Made by a program: the position numbers and the translations under genes
Assembly (NCBI RefSeq): GCF_014280175.1
Contig: NZ_CP047931.1
Location: forward strand, 540,001-572,000
Direction: 5' to 3'
Length of the DNA: 32,000 nt
Source of the DNA: Synechococcus sp. A15-28
Lineage (GTDB): Bacteria > Cyanobacteriota > Cyanobacteriia > PCC-6307 > Cyanobiaceae
In this document: positions 1 to 17,753 of the stretch, in pieces
Position numbering within the stretch: the stretch's first letter is position 1
How the letters are laid out: each line of letters opens with the position of its first letter
The notes under the pieces: model-generated
What the model saw: the letters and a program-made list of their open reading frames with translations, nothing else
What the model was told of the DNA's origin: nothing
The model's database searches: none

Positions 1-886
<886 letters not shown>

Positions 887-923
887 AACCCTTGCTACGG
901 TCGCGCCCAGCCAATCCGGTTTG

Positions 924-1635
924 ATGGCCGATCTCCAGAACCAGATGAAGCAGGCGGTGGCCGATGCCGCCGTTGAGCAGATCAAGGACGGCATGGTCCT
1001 GGGACTGGGGTCCGGATCCACGGCGGCCCTGATGATCAAGGCTCTCGGGGCGAAGCTGGCCAGTGGTGCGCTGAAAGACATCGTCGGTGTCACCACCTCC
1101 TTTCAGGGTGAGGTCCTCGCCACCGAGCTGAACATCCCTCTTCTCAGCCTCAATGCAGTGGATCGCATCGATCTGGCCATTGATGGCGCCGATGAGGTGG
1201 ACCCTGGTTTTCAGCTGATCAAAGGCGGCGGCGCCTGCCACGTTCAGGAGAAGCTGGTGGCGGCACGCGCCGAGCGGTTTGTGGTGGTGGTGGATTCCAC
1301 CAAATTGGTGGAGCGTCTGAACCTTGGATTTCTGCTGCCCGTGGAAGTGCTGCCCGGGGCCTGGCGTCAGGTTCACCAGCAGCTGTCTGCCCTTGGAGGC
1401 CAAGCCGAGCTGCGCATGGCGCAGCGCAAAGCCGGCCCGGTGGTCACCGATCAGGGCAACCTCGTCCTTGATGTGACGATGAACGGTGGCATCTCCGATC
1501 CCGCGGCTCTGGAATCAACGGTGAACAACATTCCCGGCGTTCTCGAGAACGGCCTGTTTGTTGATCTCGTCGATGAGGTGCTGGTTGGAGAGATCACCGA
1601 TGGCAAGGCTGGCGTCCGCAGCCTCGAGAAGCGGC

Positions 1636-1643
<8 letters not shown>
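924..1643 (+). CDS. rpiA: Ribose-5-phosphate isomerase A
   Basis: N-terminus [30 protein letters not shown], then DGADEVD and [11 protein letters not shown], all typical RpiA motifs. ATG at 924 sits just after the TTG at 921 used by the ORF track. TGA at 1641-1643. Confidence 0.92.
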
Positions 1644-3341
<1,698 letters not shown>

Positions 3342-3362
3342 TTCAGCGAAGCCGGCAGAATG

Positions 3363-3385
3363 GGGGCGAAAGCGCGTTTCGCCCC
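3363..3385 (+). terminator. Perfect 9-bp GC-rich hairpin (GGGGCGAAA-gcgcg-TTTCGCCCC) downstream of rpsT, ending 3 nt before the tatD-like start
   Basis: Pairs 3363-3371 with 3377-3385 around a 5-nt loop. The tail is TCTGTGTCG, only moderately U-rich. It could terminate or attenuate rpsT transcription, or occlude the tatD-like translation initiation region. Confidence 0.45.
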
Positions 3386-3388
3386 TCT

Positions 3389-4177
3389 GTGTCGTCCACT
3401 CCAACGTTGATTGACAGCCACTGTCACATCGTTTTTCGAAACTTCGACGAGGACCTCGACGAGGTGGCATCGCGCTGGCGCGAAGCGGGAGTCAAGGCGT
3501 TGCTGCATGCGTGCGTCGAGCCCTCTGAAATTCCGGCGATCCGGGCACTGGCTGATCGCTTCCCGGAAATGCGTTATTCCGTCGGGGTTCATCCCTTGGA
3601 CACGGAACACTGGCGCGACGACACCGTTGCCGTGTTGCGACGGGCGGCCCTTGAGGATGAGCGGGTTGTTGCCATCGGCGAGCTGGGGCTCGATCTGTTC
3701 CGTGACAAGAACCTCGAGGAACAACTGCAGGTTCTCCGTCCTCAGCTGGATCTGGCGGTGGAGCTGGATCTGCCGGTGATCATCCACTGCCGCGATGCCG
3801 CTGAGCCCATGCTCGAGGAGCTGCGCTCCCGCGTTCCGGACGGCCGTTGCCCGCGAGGGGTCATGCACTGCTGGGGCGGAACCCCCGCTGAGATGGACGG
3901 CTTTCTGGAGCTGGGTTTCTACATCAGCTTCAGCGGCACGGTGACCTTCCCGAAGGCTGTTCCCACCCATGACTGTGCGCGACAGGTGCCGGAGGATCGT
4001 TTTTTGGTGGAAACCGATTGCCCGTTTCTGGCGCCTGTGCCCCGACGGGGCAAACGCAATGAACCTGCCTTTGTGGCGTCGGTGGCCAGCAGGGTCGCTG
4101 ATCTCCGCGGTGTCGACCTCGACACTGTGGCCACCAGCAGCACAGCCAACGCCCGTCGATTGTTCGGGCTTCCCTAA
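3389..4177 (+). CDS. tatD: TatD-family metal-dependent hydrolase/DNase
   Basis: LIDSHCHI metal-binding motif at the N-terminus, plus IGELGLD, PVIIHCRDA and ETDCPFLAP, all typical of the TatD/YcfH family. GTG start. Confidence 0.88.
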   Translation: MSSTPTLIDSHCHIVFRNFDEDLDEVASRWREAGVKALLHACVEPSEIPAIRALADRFPEMRYSVGVHPLDTEHWRDDTVAVLRRAALEDERVVAIGELGLDLFRDKNLEEQLQVLRPQLDLAVELDLPVIIHCRDAAEPMLEELRSRVPDGRCPRGVMHCWGGTPAEMDGFLELGFYISFSGTVTFPKAVPTHDCARQVPEDRFLVETDCPFLAPVPRRGKRNEPAFVASVASRVADLRGVDLDTVATSSTANARRLFGLP

Positions 4178-4331
4178 CCGGAGTGGAGACAAACAAAGGC
4201 TGATGTGTAAGATGTTGTATTGGCCTGGCCATGGATCCGGTTCGCCGAATCCGTGGAGCCCGAAGCGTCCATTCCCTTCCGGTGCACTTGTCGTCGTCAG
4301 CTGATCTGACCCTCGATCTCTGAGCGCAATA

Positions 4332-4376
4332 GCGGCGCTGCCGGTCCCCTCATCGGGACAGGTGGCCGCCGCTTTT
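4332..4376 (+). promoter_or_regulatory. Long imperfect hairpin followed by TTTT in the rpoB 5' leader (terminator/attenuator-like)
   Basis: Outer stem GCGGCG (4332-4337) pairs with CGCCGC (4367-4372). Inner stem GTCCC (4344-4348) pairs with GGGAC (4055+300 register: 4355-4359). Partial pairing lies between the two stems, with one mismatch and one bulge. T4 follows at 4373-4376. The element lies 79 nt upstream of the rpoB ATG. Confidence 0.4.
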
Positions 4377-4454
4377 GCTGCGTCGGAGTGATGTGGTTGA
4401 GCTGATGGTGTTTGTCCAGGTCGTGTCCCTTTCGTCCTCTCTGCCGGTCCCCGC

Positions 4455-7400
4455 ATGAGCAGCAGCGCGATTCAGGTCGCCAAGACCGCCACCTATCTCC
4501 CCGATTTGGTGGAGGTGCAGCGGGCCAGCTTCAAGTGGTTTCTGGATCTGGGCCTGATCGAGGAGCTTGAGAGCTTCTCCCCCATCACCGACTACACCGG
4601 CAAGCTTGAGCTGCATTTCATCGGTAGCGAGTACCGACTGAAGCGTCCCCGCCACGATGTGGAAGAGGCAAAACGTCGTGATGCGACCTTTGCCTCGCAG
4701 ATGTATGTGACCTGTCGCCTGGTCAACAAAGAGACCGGTGAAATCAAGGAGCAGGAGGTCTTCATCGGCGAACTGCCGCTGATGACCGAGCGAGGCACCT
4801 TCATCATCAACGGTGCCGAACGCGTGATCGTGAATCAGATCGTGCGTAGTCCCGGTGTCTATTTCAAAGATGAAATGGACAAGAACGGACGCCGTACCTA
4901 CAACGCCAGCGTCATCCCCAACCGCGGCGCCTGGCTCAAGTTCGAAACCGACAAGAACAGCCTCCTCCACGTCCGCGTCGACAAGACCCGCAAGATCAAT
5001 GCCCACGTGCTGATGCGCGCCATGGGGCTGTCGGACAACGATGTGCTCGACAAGCTGCGGCACCCGGAGTTCTACAAGAAGTCGATTGATGCCGCCAACG
5101 ATGAGGGCATCAGCTCGGAAGACCAGGCCCTGCTGGAGCTCTACAAGAAGCTTCGTCCTGGTGAACCGCCCTCGGTGAGTGGTGGTCAGCAGCTGTTGCA
5201 GACCCGTTTCTTTGATCCCAAGCGCTACGACCTCGGTCGGGTCGGCCGCTACAAGATCAACAAGAAGCTGCGCCTCACCATCCCCGACACGGTGCGCACC
5301 CTCACCCATGAGGACGTGCTGTCCACGCTCGATTACCTGATCAACCTCGAGCTGGATGTCGGCGGCGCCAGCCTCGATGACATCGATCACCTGGGGAACC
5401 GTCGCGTTCGTTCTGTGGGTGAACTCCTTCAGAACCAGGTGCGCGTGGGCCTGAACCGCCTGGAGCGGATCATCAAGGAGCGGATGACGGTTGGCGAAAC
5501 CGATTCGCTGACCCCAGCCCAGTTGGTGAACCCCAAGCCCCTGGTGGCGGCGATCAAGGAGTTCTTCGGCTCCAGCCAGCTGAGCCAGTTCATGGACCAG
5601 ACGAACCCTCTGGCTGAGCTGACCCACAAACGACGGATCTCCGCCCTTGGACCCGGCGGTCTCACCCGTGAGCGTGCCGGCTTCGCCGTCCGCGACATTC
5701 ACCCGTCGCACTACGGCCGTCTCTGTCCGATCGAGACGCCGGAAGGTCCCAACGCCGGCCTGATCAACTCCCTGGCCACCCATGCCCGGGTGAATGAGTA
5801 CGGCTTCATCGAAACTCCGTTCTGGAAGGTGGAGAACGGGGTGGTCCTCAAGGAAGGTGACCCCATCTACCTGTCCGCCGACCGCGAGGATGAAGTGCGC
5901 GTGGCCCCGGGCGATGTCGCCACCGATTCCGATGGACGGATCACGGCCGATCTGATTCCTGTCCGCTATCGCCAGGACTTCGAGAAGGTGCCGCCCGAGC
6001 AGGTGGACTACGTCGCCCTGTCGCCGGTTCAGGTGATCTCGGTCGCTGCATCTCTGATTCCCTTCCTGGAGCACGACGACGCCAACCGTGCCCTGATGGG
6101 GTCCAACATGCAGCGTCAGGCTGTGCCGCTGCTGCGTCCTGAGCGTGCCCTGGTGGGCACGGGCCTGGAAACCCAGGTGGCCCGCGACTCCGGCATGGTG
6201 CCGATTTCACGGGTCAATGGCACCGTGATTTTCGTGGATGCCACCGCCATCGTCGTCCAGGACGACGAGGGGCAGGAGCACACCCACTACCTGCAGAAAT
6301 ATCAGCGTTCCAACCAGGACACCTGCCTCAACCACCGTCCGATCGTCCGCTGCGGCGATCAGGTGATCGTTGGTCAGGTGATGGCGGATGGCTCCGCCTG
6401 CGAGGGCGGTGAAATCGCTCTGGGTCAGAACGTTCTGATCGCCTACATGCCCTGGGAGGGATACAACTTCGAGGACGCCTTGCTGGTGAGCGAGCGTCTG
6501 GTGACCGACGACCTCTACACCTCGGTGCACATCGAGAAATACGAGATCGAGGCGCGCCAGACCAAGCTCGGACCCGAGGAGATCACGCGCGAGATTCCCA
6601 ATGTCGCCGAGGAAAGCCTGGGCAACCTCGACGAGATGGGCATCATTCGCGTCGGTGCCTTCGTGGAAAGCGGCGACATCCTGGTGGGCAAGGTCACGCC
6701 GAAGGGCGAGTCGGACCAGCCGCCGGAAGAGAAGCTGCTGCGGGCGATTTTCGGTGAGAAGGCCCGCGACGTTCGTGACAACTCCCTGCGGGTGCCCGGC
6801 ACCGAGCGTGGACGCGTGGTCGACGTGCGGATCTACACCCGTGAACAGGGTGATGAACTGCCCCCTGGCGCCAACATGGTGGTTCGGGTCTATGTGGCCC
6901 AGCGCCGCAAGATTCAGGTGGGCGACAAGATGGCCGGCCGCCACGGCAACAAGGGCATCATCAGCCGCATCCTTCCGCGGGAGGACATGCCTTACCTGCC
7001 GGATGGCACCCCGGTGGACATCTGCCTCAACCCCCTGGGTGTGCCGAGTCGGATGAACGTCGGCCAGGTGTTCGAGCTGCTGATGGGCTGGGCTGCTTCA
7101 AACCTCGATTCCCGCGTGCGGATCGTGCCTTTCGATGAGATGCACGGTGCCGAGATGTCCCAGGAAACCTGCGAAGCGTTCCTCAAGGAAGCCGCCAAGC
7201 AACCCGGCAAGGCCTGGGTCTACAACCCCGACGACCCTGGAAAGCTGGTGCTGCGGGATGGCCGCACCGGTCAACCCTTTGATCAGCCTGTGGCCGTGGG
7301 CTATTCCCACTTCCTCAAGCTGGTGCACCTGGTGGATGACAAGATCCACGCCCGCTCCACCGGTCCCTACTCCCTGGTCACCCAGCAGCCCCTGGGTGGT

Positions 7401-7748
7401 AAGGCGCAGCAAGGTGGTCAGCGTCTGGGTGAGATGGAGGTGTGGGCTCTTGAGGCCTATGGCGCCGCCTACACCCTGCAGGAACTGCTCACGGTCAAGT
7501 CCGACGACATGCAGGGCCGCAACGAGGCGCTCAACGCCATCGTCAAGGGCAAACCGATCCCCCGCCCCGGCACGCCGGAATCCTTCAAGGTGCTGATGCG
7601 CGAACTCCAGTCCCTCGGACTCGACATCGCTGTGTACACCGATGAAGGCAAGGAAGTGGATCTGATGCAGGACGTGAACCCCCGCCGCAGCACTCCAAGC
7701 CGTCCCACCTACGAATCCCTCGGCGTCGCGGATTACGACGAGGACTGA
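4455..7748 (+). CDS. rpoB: DNA-directed RNA polymerase subunit beta
   Basis: 1097-aa ORF with unmistakable RpoB sequence throughout (e.g. [64 protein letters not shown]). Confidence 0.99.
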   Translation: MSSSAIQVAKTATYLPDLVEVQRASFKWFLDLGLIEELESFSPITDYTGKLELHFIGSEYRLKRPRHDVEEAKRRDATFASQMYVTCRLVNKETGEIKEQEVFIGELPLMTERGTFIINGAERVIVNQIVRSPGVYFKDEMDKNGRRTYNASVIPNRGAWLKFETDKNSLLHVRVDKTRKINAHVLMRAMGLSDNDVLDKLRHPEFYKKSIDAANDEGISSEDQALLELYKKLRPGEPPSVSGGQQLLQTRFFDPKRYDLGRVGRYKINKKLRLTIPDTVRTLTHEDVLSTLDYLINLELDVGGASLDDIDHLGNRRVRSVGELLQNQVRVGLNRLERIIKERMTVGETDSLTPAQLVNPKPLVAAIKEFFGSSQLSQFMDQTNPLAELTHKRRISALGPGGLTRERAGFAVRDIHPSHYGRLCPIETPEGPNAGLINSLATHARVNEYGFIETPFWKVENGVVLKEGDPIYLSADREDEVRVAPGDVATDSDGRITADLIPVRYRQDFEKVPPEQVDYVALSPVQVISVAASLIPFLEHDDANRALMGSNMQRQAVPLLRPERALVGTGLETQVARDSGMVPISRVNGTVIFVDATAIVVQDDEGQEHTHYLQKYQRSNQDTCLNHRPIVRCGDQVIVGQVMADGSACEGGEIALGQNVLIAYMPWEGYNFEDALLVSERLVTDDLYTSVHIEKYEIEARQTKLGPEEITREIPNVAEESLGNLDEMGIIRVGAFVESGDILVGKVTPKGESDQPPEEKLLRAIFGEKARDVRDNSLRVPGTERGRVVDVRIYTREQGDELPPGANMVVRVYVAQRRKIQVGDKMAGRHGNKGIISRILPREDMPYLPDGTPVDICLNPLGVPSRMNVGQVFELLMGWAASNLDSRVRIVPFDEMHGAEMSQETCEAFLKEAAKQPGKAWVYNPDDPGKLVLRDGRTGQPFDQPVAVGYSHFLKLVHLVDDKIHARSTGPYSLVTQQPLGGKAQQGGQRLGEMEVWALEAYGAAYTLQELLTVKSDDMQGRNEALNAIVKGKPIPRPGTPESFKVLMRELQSLGLDIAVYTDEGKEVDLMQDVNPRRSTPSRPTYESLGVADYDED

Positions 7749-7798
7749 CGGATCGAACGGATCACAACGACTGAAAGACCTTCCTCCAACCGCCGTCC

Positions 7799-13842
<6,044 letters not shown>

Positions 13843-13877
13843 TCACCGCCTCCTGCCATCCCATCGCTGATCCACCG

Positions 13878-14030
13878 ATGCTTGAGCCCACCGACATCCC
13901 CCAGCGTCGTCTGCCGCGATTTGGCTTCCACGGTCACACCGAAAAGCTCAACGGGCGTGCTGCCATGCTCGGCTTCATCGCTTTGCTGGTGGTGGAGATC
14001 AAGCTGGGCCATGGTCTCCTGATCTGGTGA
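13878..14030 (+). CDS. hli: High-light-inducible protein (one-helix CAB/ELIP/HLIP family), 50 aa
   Basis: Hand-translated, as it is below the ORF-track size cutoff: [50 protein letters not shown]. The E-x2-NGR-x-AM-x-GF chlorophyll-binding helix motif is diagnostic of HLIPs. ATG 13878, TGA 14028-14030. Confidence 0.88.
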   Translation: MLEPTDIPQRRLPRFGFHGHTEKLNGRAAMLGFIALLVVEIKLGHGLLIW

Positions 14031-14035
14031 GCCGG

Positions 14036-15070
14036 ATGTTGCTCGGCCGCAGCGCGGTCGAGCTGGAGAGCTGGGCGGTTGCTCAGGGGCAGAAGCCCTT
14101 TCGTGGGCGGCAGCTCCATGACTGGCTCTATGCCAAGGGGGCCCGATCCCTGGCGGACATCACCGTGCTCCCCAAGGCCTGGCGGGCATCCCTCAAGGCG
14201 GAAGGGGTTGAGGTGGGCCGCCTCAAGGAGGTGCACCGTTCAGTCGCAGCCGATGCCACAACGAAATTGCTGTTGTCCACCGATGACGGCGAGACGATTG
14301 AAACTGTCGGAATTCCCACCGATCAACGACTCACGGTGTGTGTCTCAAGCCAGGTGGGGTGTCCGATGGCCTGCCGTTTCTGCGCGACGGGCAAAGGCGG
14401 CCTGCAACGCTCTCTGCGGACCCACGAAATTGTTGATCAGGTGCTGAGTGTGCGGGAGGTGATGGACCGCCGCCCCTCCCACATCGTGTTCATGGGCATG
14501 GGGGAGCCACTCCTCAACAGCCAGGCGGTTCTGGATGCCATCCGCTGCCTCAACGACGACCTTGGGATCGGTCAACGTCGCATCACGGTGAGCACCGTTG
14601 GTGTTCCGAAAACGCTTCCACAACTCGCAGAACTGGCTCTGGACACCCTGGGTCGAGCCCAGTTCACCCTGGCGGTGAGCCTTCATGCCCCCAACCAAGC
14701 CCTGCGGGAAGAGCTCATCCCCACGGCTCATGCCTATCCCTATGAGGCCTTGCTGGAGGACTGTCGTCACTACCTGGCCGTCACCGGCCGTCGCGTCAGT
14801 TTTGAGTACATCCTTCTTGGCGGTTTGAACGATGCCCCCGAGCACGCCGCCGAACTGGCGGACCGGGTGGGGGGCTTCCAGAGCCACGTGAACCTGATCG
14901 CCTACAACCCAATTGAGGAGGAGGAGTTTCAACGCCCCACCCGCTCCAGAATTGAGACCTTCCAGCGTGTGCTCGAGCGTCGTGGTGTGGCCGTCAGTCT
15001 GCGAGCCAGCCGCGGCCTGGATCAGAACGCTGCCTGCGGTCAGTTACGGCGTCAACGTCAGGGGAGCTGA
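14036..15070 (+). CDS. rlmN: 23S rRNA/tRNA adenine-C2 methyltransferase, radical SAM
   Basis: [12 protein letters not shown]-terminal motif, radical-SAM [11 protein letters not shown] (CxxxCxxC), MGMGEPLLN, and C-terminal CGQL. The ATG at 14036 is preferred. An alternative GTG at 14027 overlaps the hli stop codon. Confidence 0.93.
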   Translation: MLLGRSAVELESWAVAQGQKPFRGRQLHDWLYAKGARSLADITVLPKAWRASLKAEGVEVGRLKEVHRSVAADATTKLLLSTDDGETIETVGIPTDQRLTVCVSSQVGCPMACRFCATGKGGLQRSLRTHEIVDQVLSVREVMDRRPSHIVFMGMGEPLLNSQAVLDAIRCLNDDLGIGQRRITVSTVGVPKTLPQLAELALDTLGRAQFTLAVSLHAPNQALREELIPTAHAYPYEALLEDCRHYLAVTGRRVSFEYILLGGLNDAPEHAAELADRVGGFQSHVNLIAYNPIEEEEFQRPTRSRIETFQRVLERRGVAVSLRASRGLDQNAACGQLRRQRQGS

Positions 15071-15795
15071 GCGGCGGTGAGCTTTTGATGGAGCTGGATG
15101 TCGAGTCCGTAGGTCATTTCGAATTGGCGTTGCACCCGTTCGAGCAGTCGAATGGATTGAGATTGATTGCTCTCTCCCTTTCGACTGCTGTTGAGGTGGG
15201 GGAGTTCTCGGCTTATGGGAATATCACGTTGCAACATCTGCTCGTTTAGGCGCTGCCAGTCTGTCCTCATAGATTCGATGCAGCCGATGAAGTCGGGAAG
15301 CTTTCCTTTTGAGTCGCTGATCAGGAAAGTCTGCGGTTGGGTATGAACATCCATCGCATCAAGGCTCAGGCTGCACGTGAGCTCAACAAATTCACTGAAG
15401 CTCATGGTCTTGTCATATCCAAGACGCTTCATCGCCGGAAAGACCGATGGACGCAGAACCTTTTCTCGATAACAAGAGTGAAGTCTTTGTAGTGGTTCTC
15501 GGATGAATGTAAAGCAAAAAACTTTTTTGCGAAGGGCTGTGTATTTTTCAGATTTTAAAAATTTTGCTTCTGTGGTGCAGTTTTTCCAGAAGCGATCGTT
15601 TGTTGGTTCCAGTGCTCGTTCAGTGCGTGGATTGGTCGTTGGTACTGCTTGTATGAGTTCAGATAGAGCTGTTTTGATCGATGTGTTTGCGCACTTTGGG
15701 ACTCGTGCATAGACGAGCTTGTGATGGGGGATGTAAATAAAGCCTTTCCCTTTCACGATCGCCCCATTCTGTTTGGGCCGAACTTTACGAACCAT
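15058..15795 (-). CDS. Sulfotransferase, family 2 (carbohydrate-sulfotransferase-like)
   Basis: 5'-PSB-like [10 protein letters not shown], 3'-PB-like [16 protein letters not shown] and DVHTQPQ match the Sulfotransfer_2 pattern from memory. The gene is markedly AT-rich: my count for 15481-15600 is 43/120 G+C, against 42/60 for 15841-15900 in the neighbouring symporter. The 3' end overlaps rlmN by 13 nt. Confidence 0.75.
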   Translation of the reverse strand: MVRKVRPKQNGAIVKGKGFIYIPHHKLVYARVPKCANTSIKTALSELIQAVPTTNPRTERALEPTNDRFWKNCTTEAKFLKSEKYTALRKKVFCFTFIREPLQRLHSCYREKVLRPSVFPAMKRLGYDKTMSFSEFVELTCSLSLDAMDVHTQPQTFLISDSKGKLPDFIGCIESMRTDWQRLNEQMLQRDIPISRELPHLNSSRKGESNQSQSIRLLERVQRQFEMTYGLDIQLHQKLTAAQLP

Positions 15796-15824
15796 CCCAG
15801 ACTGATGCCTGAAGATGGCGGGTT

Positions 15825-17588
15825 ATGGCACCGATCGACTGGGCACTGCTCGGGGCCTATCTGGTTCTGACGCTGGTGCTGGGGCTGTGGCTGGCCCGTC
15901 GCAACAGCGGTGAGGAGGACTACTTCGTTGCCGGTCGTCGTCTCAGTGGCTGGCTGGCTGGTGCATCGATGGCTGCGACGACGTTCTCCATCGACACCCC
16001 TCTCTATGTGGCGGGGTTGATCGGCAGCCGTGGACTGGCGGGGAACTGGGAGTGGTGGAGCTTTGGCCTGGCCCATGTGGCCATGGCTGTGGTGTTCGCG
16101 CCGTTGTGGCGTCGCAGTGGCGTGCTCACCGATGCGGCGTTCACGGAACTTCGTTACGGAGGCTCTGCCGCAGCCTGGTTGCGGGGGGTCAAGGCGTTCC
16201 TACTGGCTCTGCCGGTGAACTGCATCGGCATCGGCTATGCCTTTCTGGCCTTGCGCAAAGTGGTGGAAGCGCTGGGCATCGTCACCGGCGCGCCCGCGGC
16301 CTTCGGCGTGCCTGACACGTTGTGGCTCCTGGCCGTGGTGGCCTTGATGGTGCTGGCTTACACCGTGGCTGGTGGTCTCTGGGCCGTGGTGGTGACGGAT
16401 CTGGTGCAGCTGGTGCTGGCGTTGCTCGGGGCCCTCGCCGTCGCCATTGCTGCGTTGCATGCCGCTGGCGGTATGGGAGGGCTGCTGGATCAGCTGGAGG
16501 GCATGAACCGCCCGGAGCTGCTGTCTCTCGTTCCCTGGTCCATCGAAGACGGCGGGGTGCATTGGTTGGAGGGAGCCGGCATCTCGGTTCCGATGTTCCT
16601 GGCCTACATCGCTATTCAGTGGTGGAGTTTCCGCCGCAGTGACGGTGGTGGTGAATTCATTCAACGCATGCTCGCCACCCGTGATGAACAGCAGGCGCGG
16701 TTGGCGGGTTGGGTTTTTCTGGTGGTGAATTATCTGGTGCGCAGCTGGCTGTGGGTGGTGGTGGCCCTGGCGGCGCTGGTGCTGCTTCCCGATCAGGGGG
16801 ACTGGGAGTTGAGCTACCCCGCCTTGGCGGTGCAGCTGCTGCCTCCGGTGGCGTTGGGATTGGTGGTGGTGTCGCTGGTGGCAGCCTTCATGAGCACGGT
16901 GAGCACATCGGTGAACTGGGGGGCCAGCTACCTCACCCATGACCTCTACCAACGCTTCATCCGCCCGAGGGCTGGTTCTGGTGAGCTGCTGCTGGTGGGG
17001 CAGCTCACCACGGTTTTGCTGCTCATGCTGGGCGTGGTCACGGCCTTGATCAGCGACAGCATCGGCACCGTGTTCCGTCTTGTGATCGCCATCGGGTCCG
17101 GGCCTGGCGTCGTGTTGGTGTTGCGCTGGTTCTGGTGGCGGGTGAATGCGGCGGCGGAACTGGCGGCCATGCTCTGCGGTTTCGTCGTCGGTTTGCTCAC
17201 CTCGGTGCTGCCCGTTGTGAGAATTGAGGATTACGGCCTGCGGCTGGCGGTGATCACTGGCGTTTCAGCGGTGGTGTGGCTGAGCGCCATGCTGCTCACC
17301 CCGCCGGAATCGGAGGCGGTGCTGGAAACCTTCATCCGTAAGGTGCAGCCACCCGGCCCCGGTTGGGCTCGGTTGCGGCAGCGCTTCCAGGTGGAGCCGC
17401 AGGAGAGCCTGTCAACGTTGCTGGCCCGGTTTGTGTGGTCCTGTGGGGTGTTGTTCGGTGGATTGATCGGAATCGGAGGATTTCTGCTGCATCAGCAGTT
17501 CAACGGTTGGGGCGGACTGGCGGTTCTTGTGGGCTCATGGCTGCTGTTGCGCCGCCTTCCCCAGCAGAATGGCGCTCGCATCGTCTGA
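15825..17588 (+). CDS. Sodium:solute symporter (SSS/SLC5) family transporter
   Basis: 587-aa polytopic membrane protein. The N-terminus DYFVAGRRLSGWLAGASMAATTFSIDTPL is typical of the SSS family, and many hydrophobic helices follow. GC-rich like the core genes. Confidence 0.85.
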   Translation: MAPIDWALLGAYLVLTLVLGLWLARRNSGEEDYFVAGRRLSGWLAGASMAATTFSIDTPLYVAGLIGSRGLAGNWEWWSFGLAHVAMAVVFAPLWRRSGVLTDAAFTELRYGGSAAAWLRGVKAFLLALPVNCIGIGYAFLALRKVVEALGIVTGAPAAFGVPDTLWLLAVVALMVLAYTVAGGLWAVVVTDLVQLVLALLGALAVAIAALHAAGGMGGLLDQLEGMNRPELLSLVPWSIEDGGVHWLEGAGISVPMFLAYIAIQWWSFRRSDGGGEFIQRMLATRDEQQARLAGWVFLVVNYLVRSWLWVVVALAALVLLPDQGDWELSYPALAVQLLPPVALGLVVVSLVAAFMSTVSTSVNWGASYLTHDLYQRFIRPRAGSGELLLVGQLTTVLLLMLGVVTALISDSIGTVFRLVIAIGSGPGVVLVLRWFWWRVNAAAELAAMLCGFVVGLLTSVLPVVRIEDYGLRLAVITGVSAVVWLSAMLLTPPESEAVLETFIRKVQPPGPGWARLRQRFQVEPQESLSTLLARFVWSCGVLFGGLIGIGGFLLHQQFNGWGGLAVLVGSWLLLRRLPQQNGARIV

Positions 17589-17605
17589 CGCCATTGTCTT
17601 TTTTT
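17568..17605 (+). terminator. Candidate intrinsic terminator of the symporter gene
   Basis: AATGGCG (17568-17574) pairs with CGCCATT (17589-17595). The symporter stop codon lies in the 14-nt loop. GTC plus a run of seven T (17599-17605) follows. Confidence 0.5.
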
Positions 17606-17753
17606 CGAACCACCCTCTTGCCGGCGCTGATTGTCGTGCTGTTCGGATTGGCGCTTGTGGCTGTCAGCGCCAGGATCTGGCTGCCGGGTGACATGCTGGC
17701 TCCAGCTCCGGTGGGGTGACAGGATCTGACAGCTCCTTGCTGAGCAACAGTGA

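Noticed and set aside
4350-6074. 574-aa minus-strand ORF antisense to rpoB, plus similar ones at 6207-6944 and 8807-9673
   Set aside because: The reasoning is the same as for the rpoC2 antisense ORF. The sequences have no family resemblance, and the sense-strand genes are certain.
16200-16952. 250-aa minus-strand ORF and several Gly/Arg-rich plus-strand ORFs inside the symporter gene
   Set aside because: These are shadow ORFs in a roughly 65-70% GC membrane-protein gene, with His/Gln/Arg-rich or Gly/Ala-rich translations and no domain features.
17594-17719. Possible 41-aa hydrophobic ORF (TTG start; ...TTLLPALIVVLFGLALVAVSARIWLPG...) just downstream of the symporter
   Set aside because: It has no ATG or GTG start. 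Its first codons coincide with the T7 run of a terminator-like hairpin at 17568-17605. It is more simply explained as 3' UTR or convergent-terminator DNA. It would be worth revisiting only if ribosome profiling shows occupancy.
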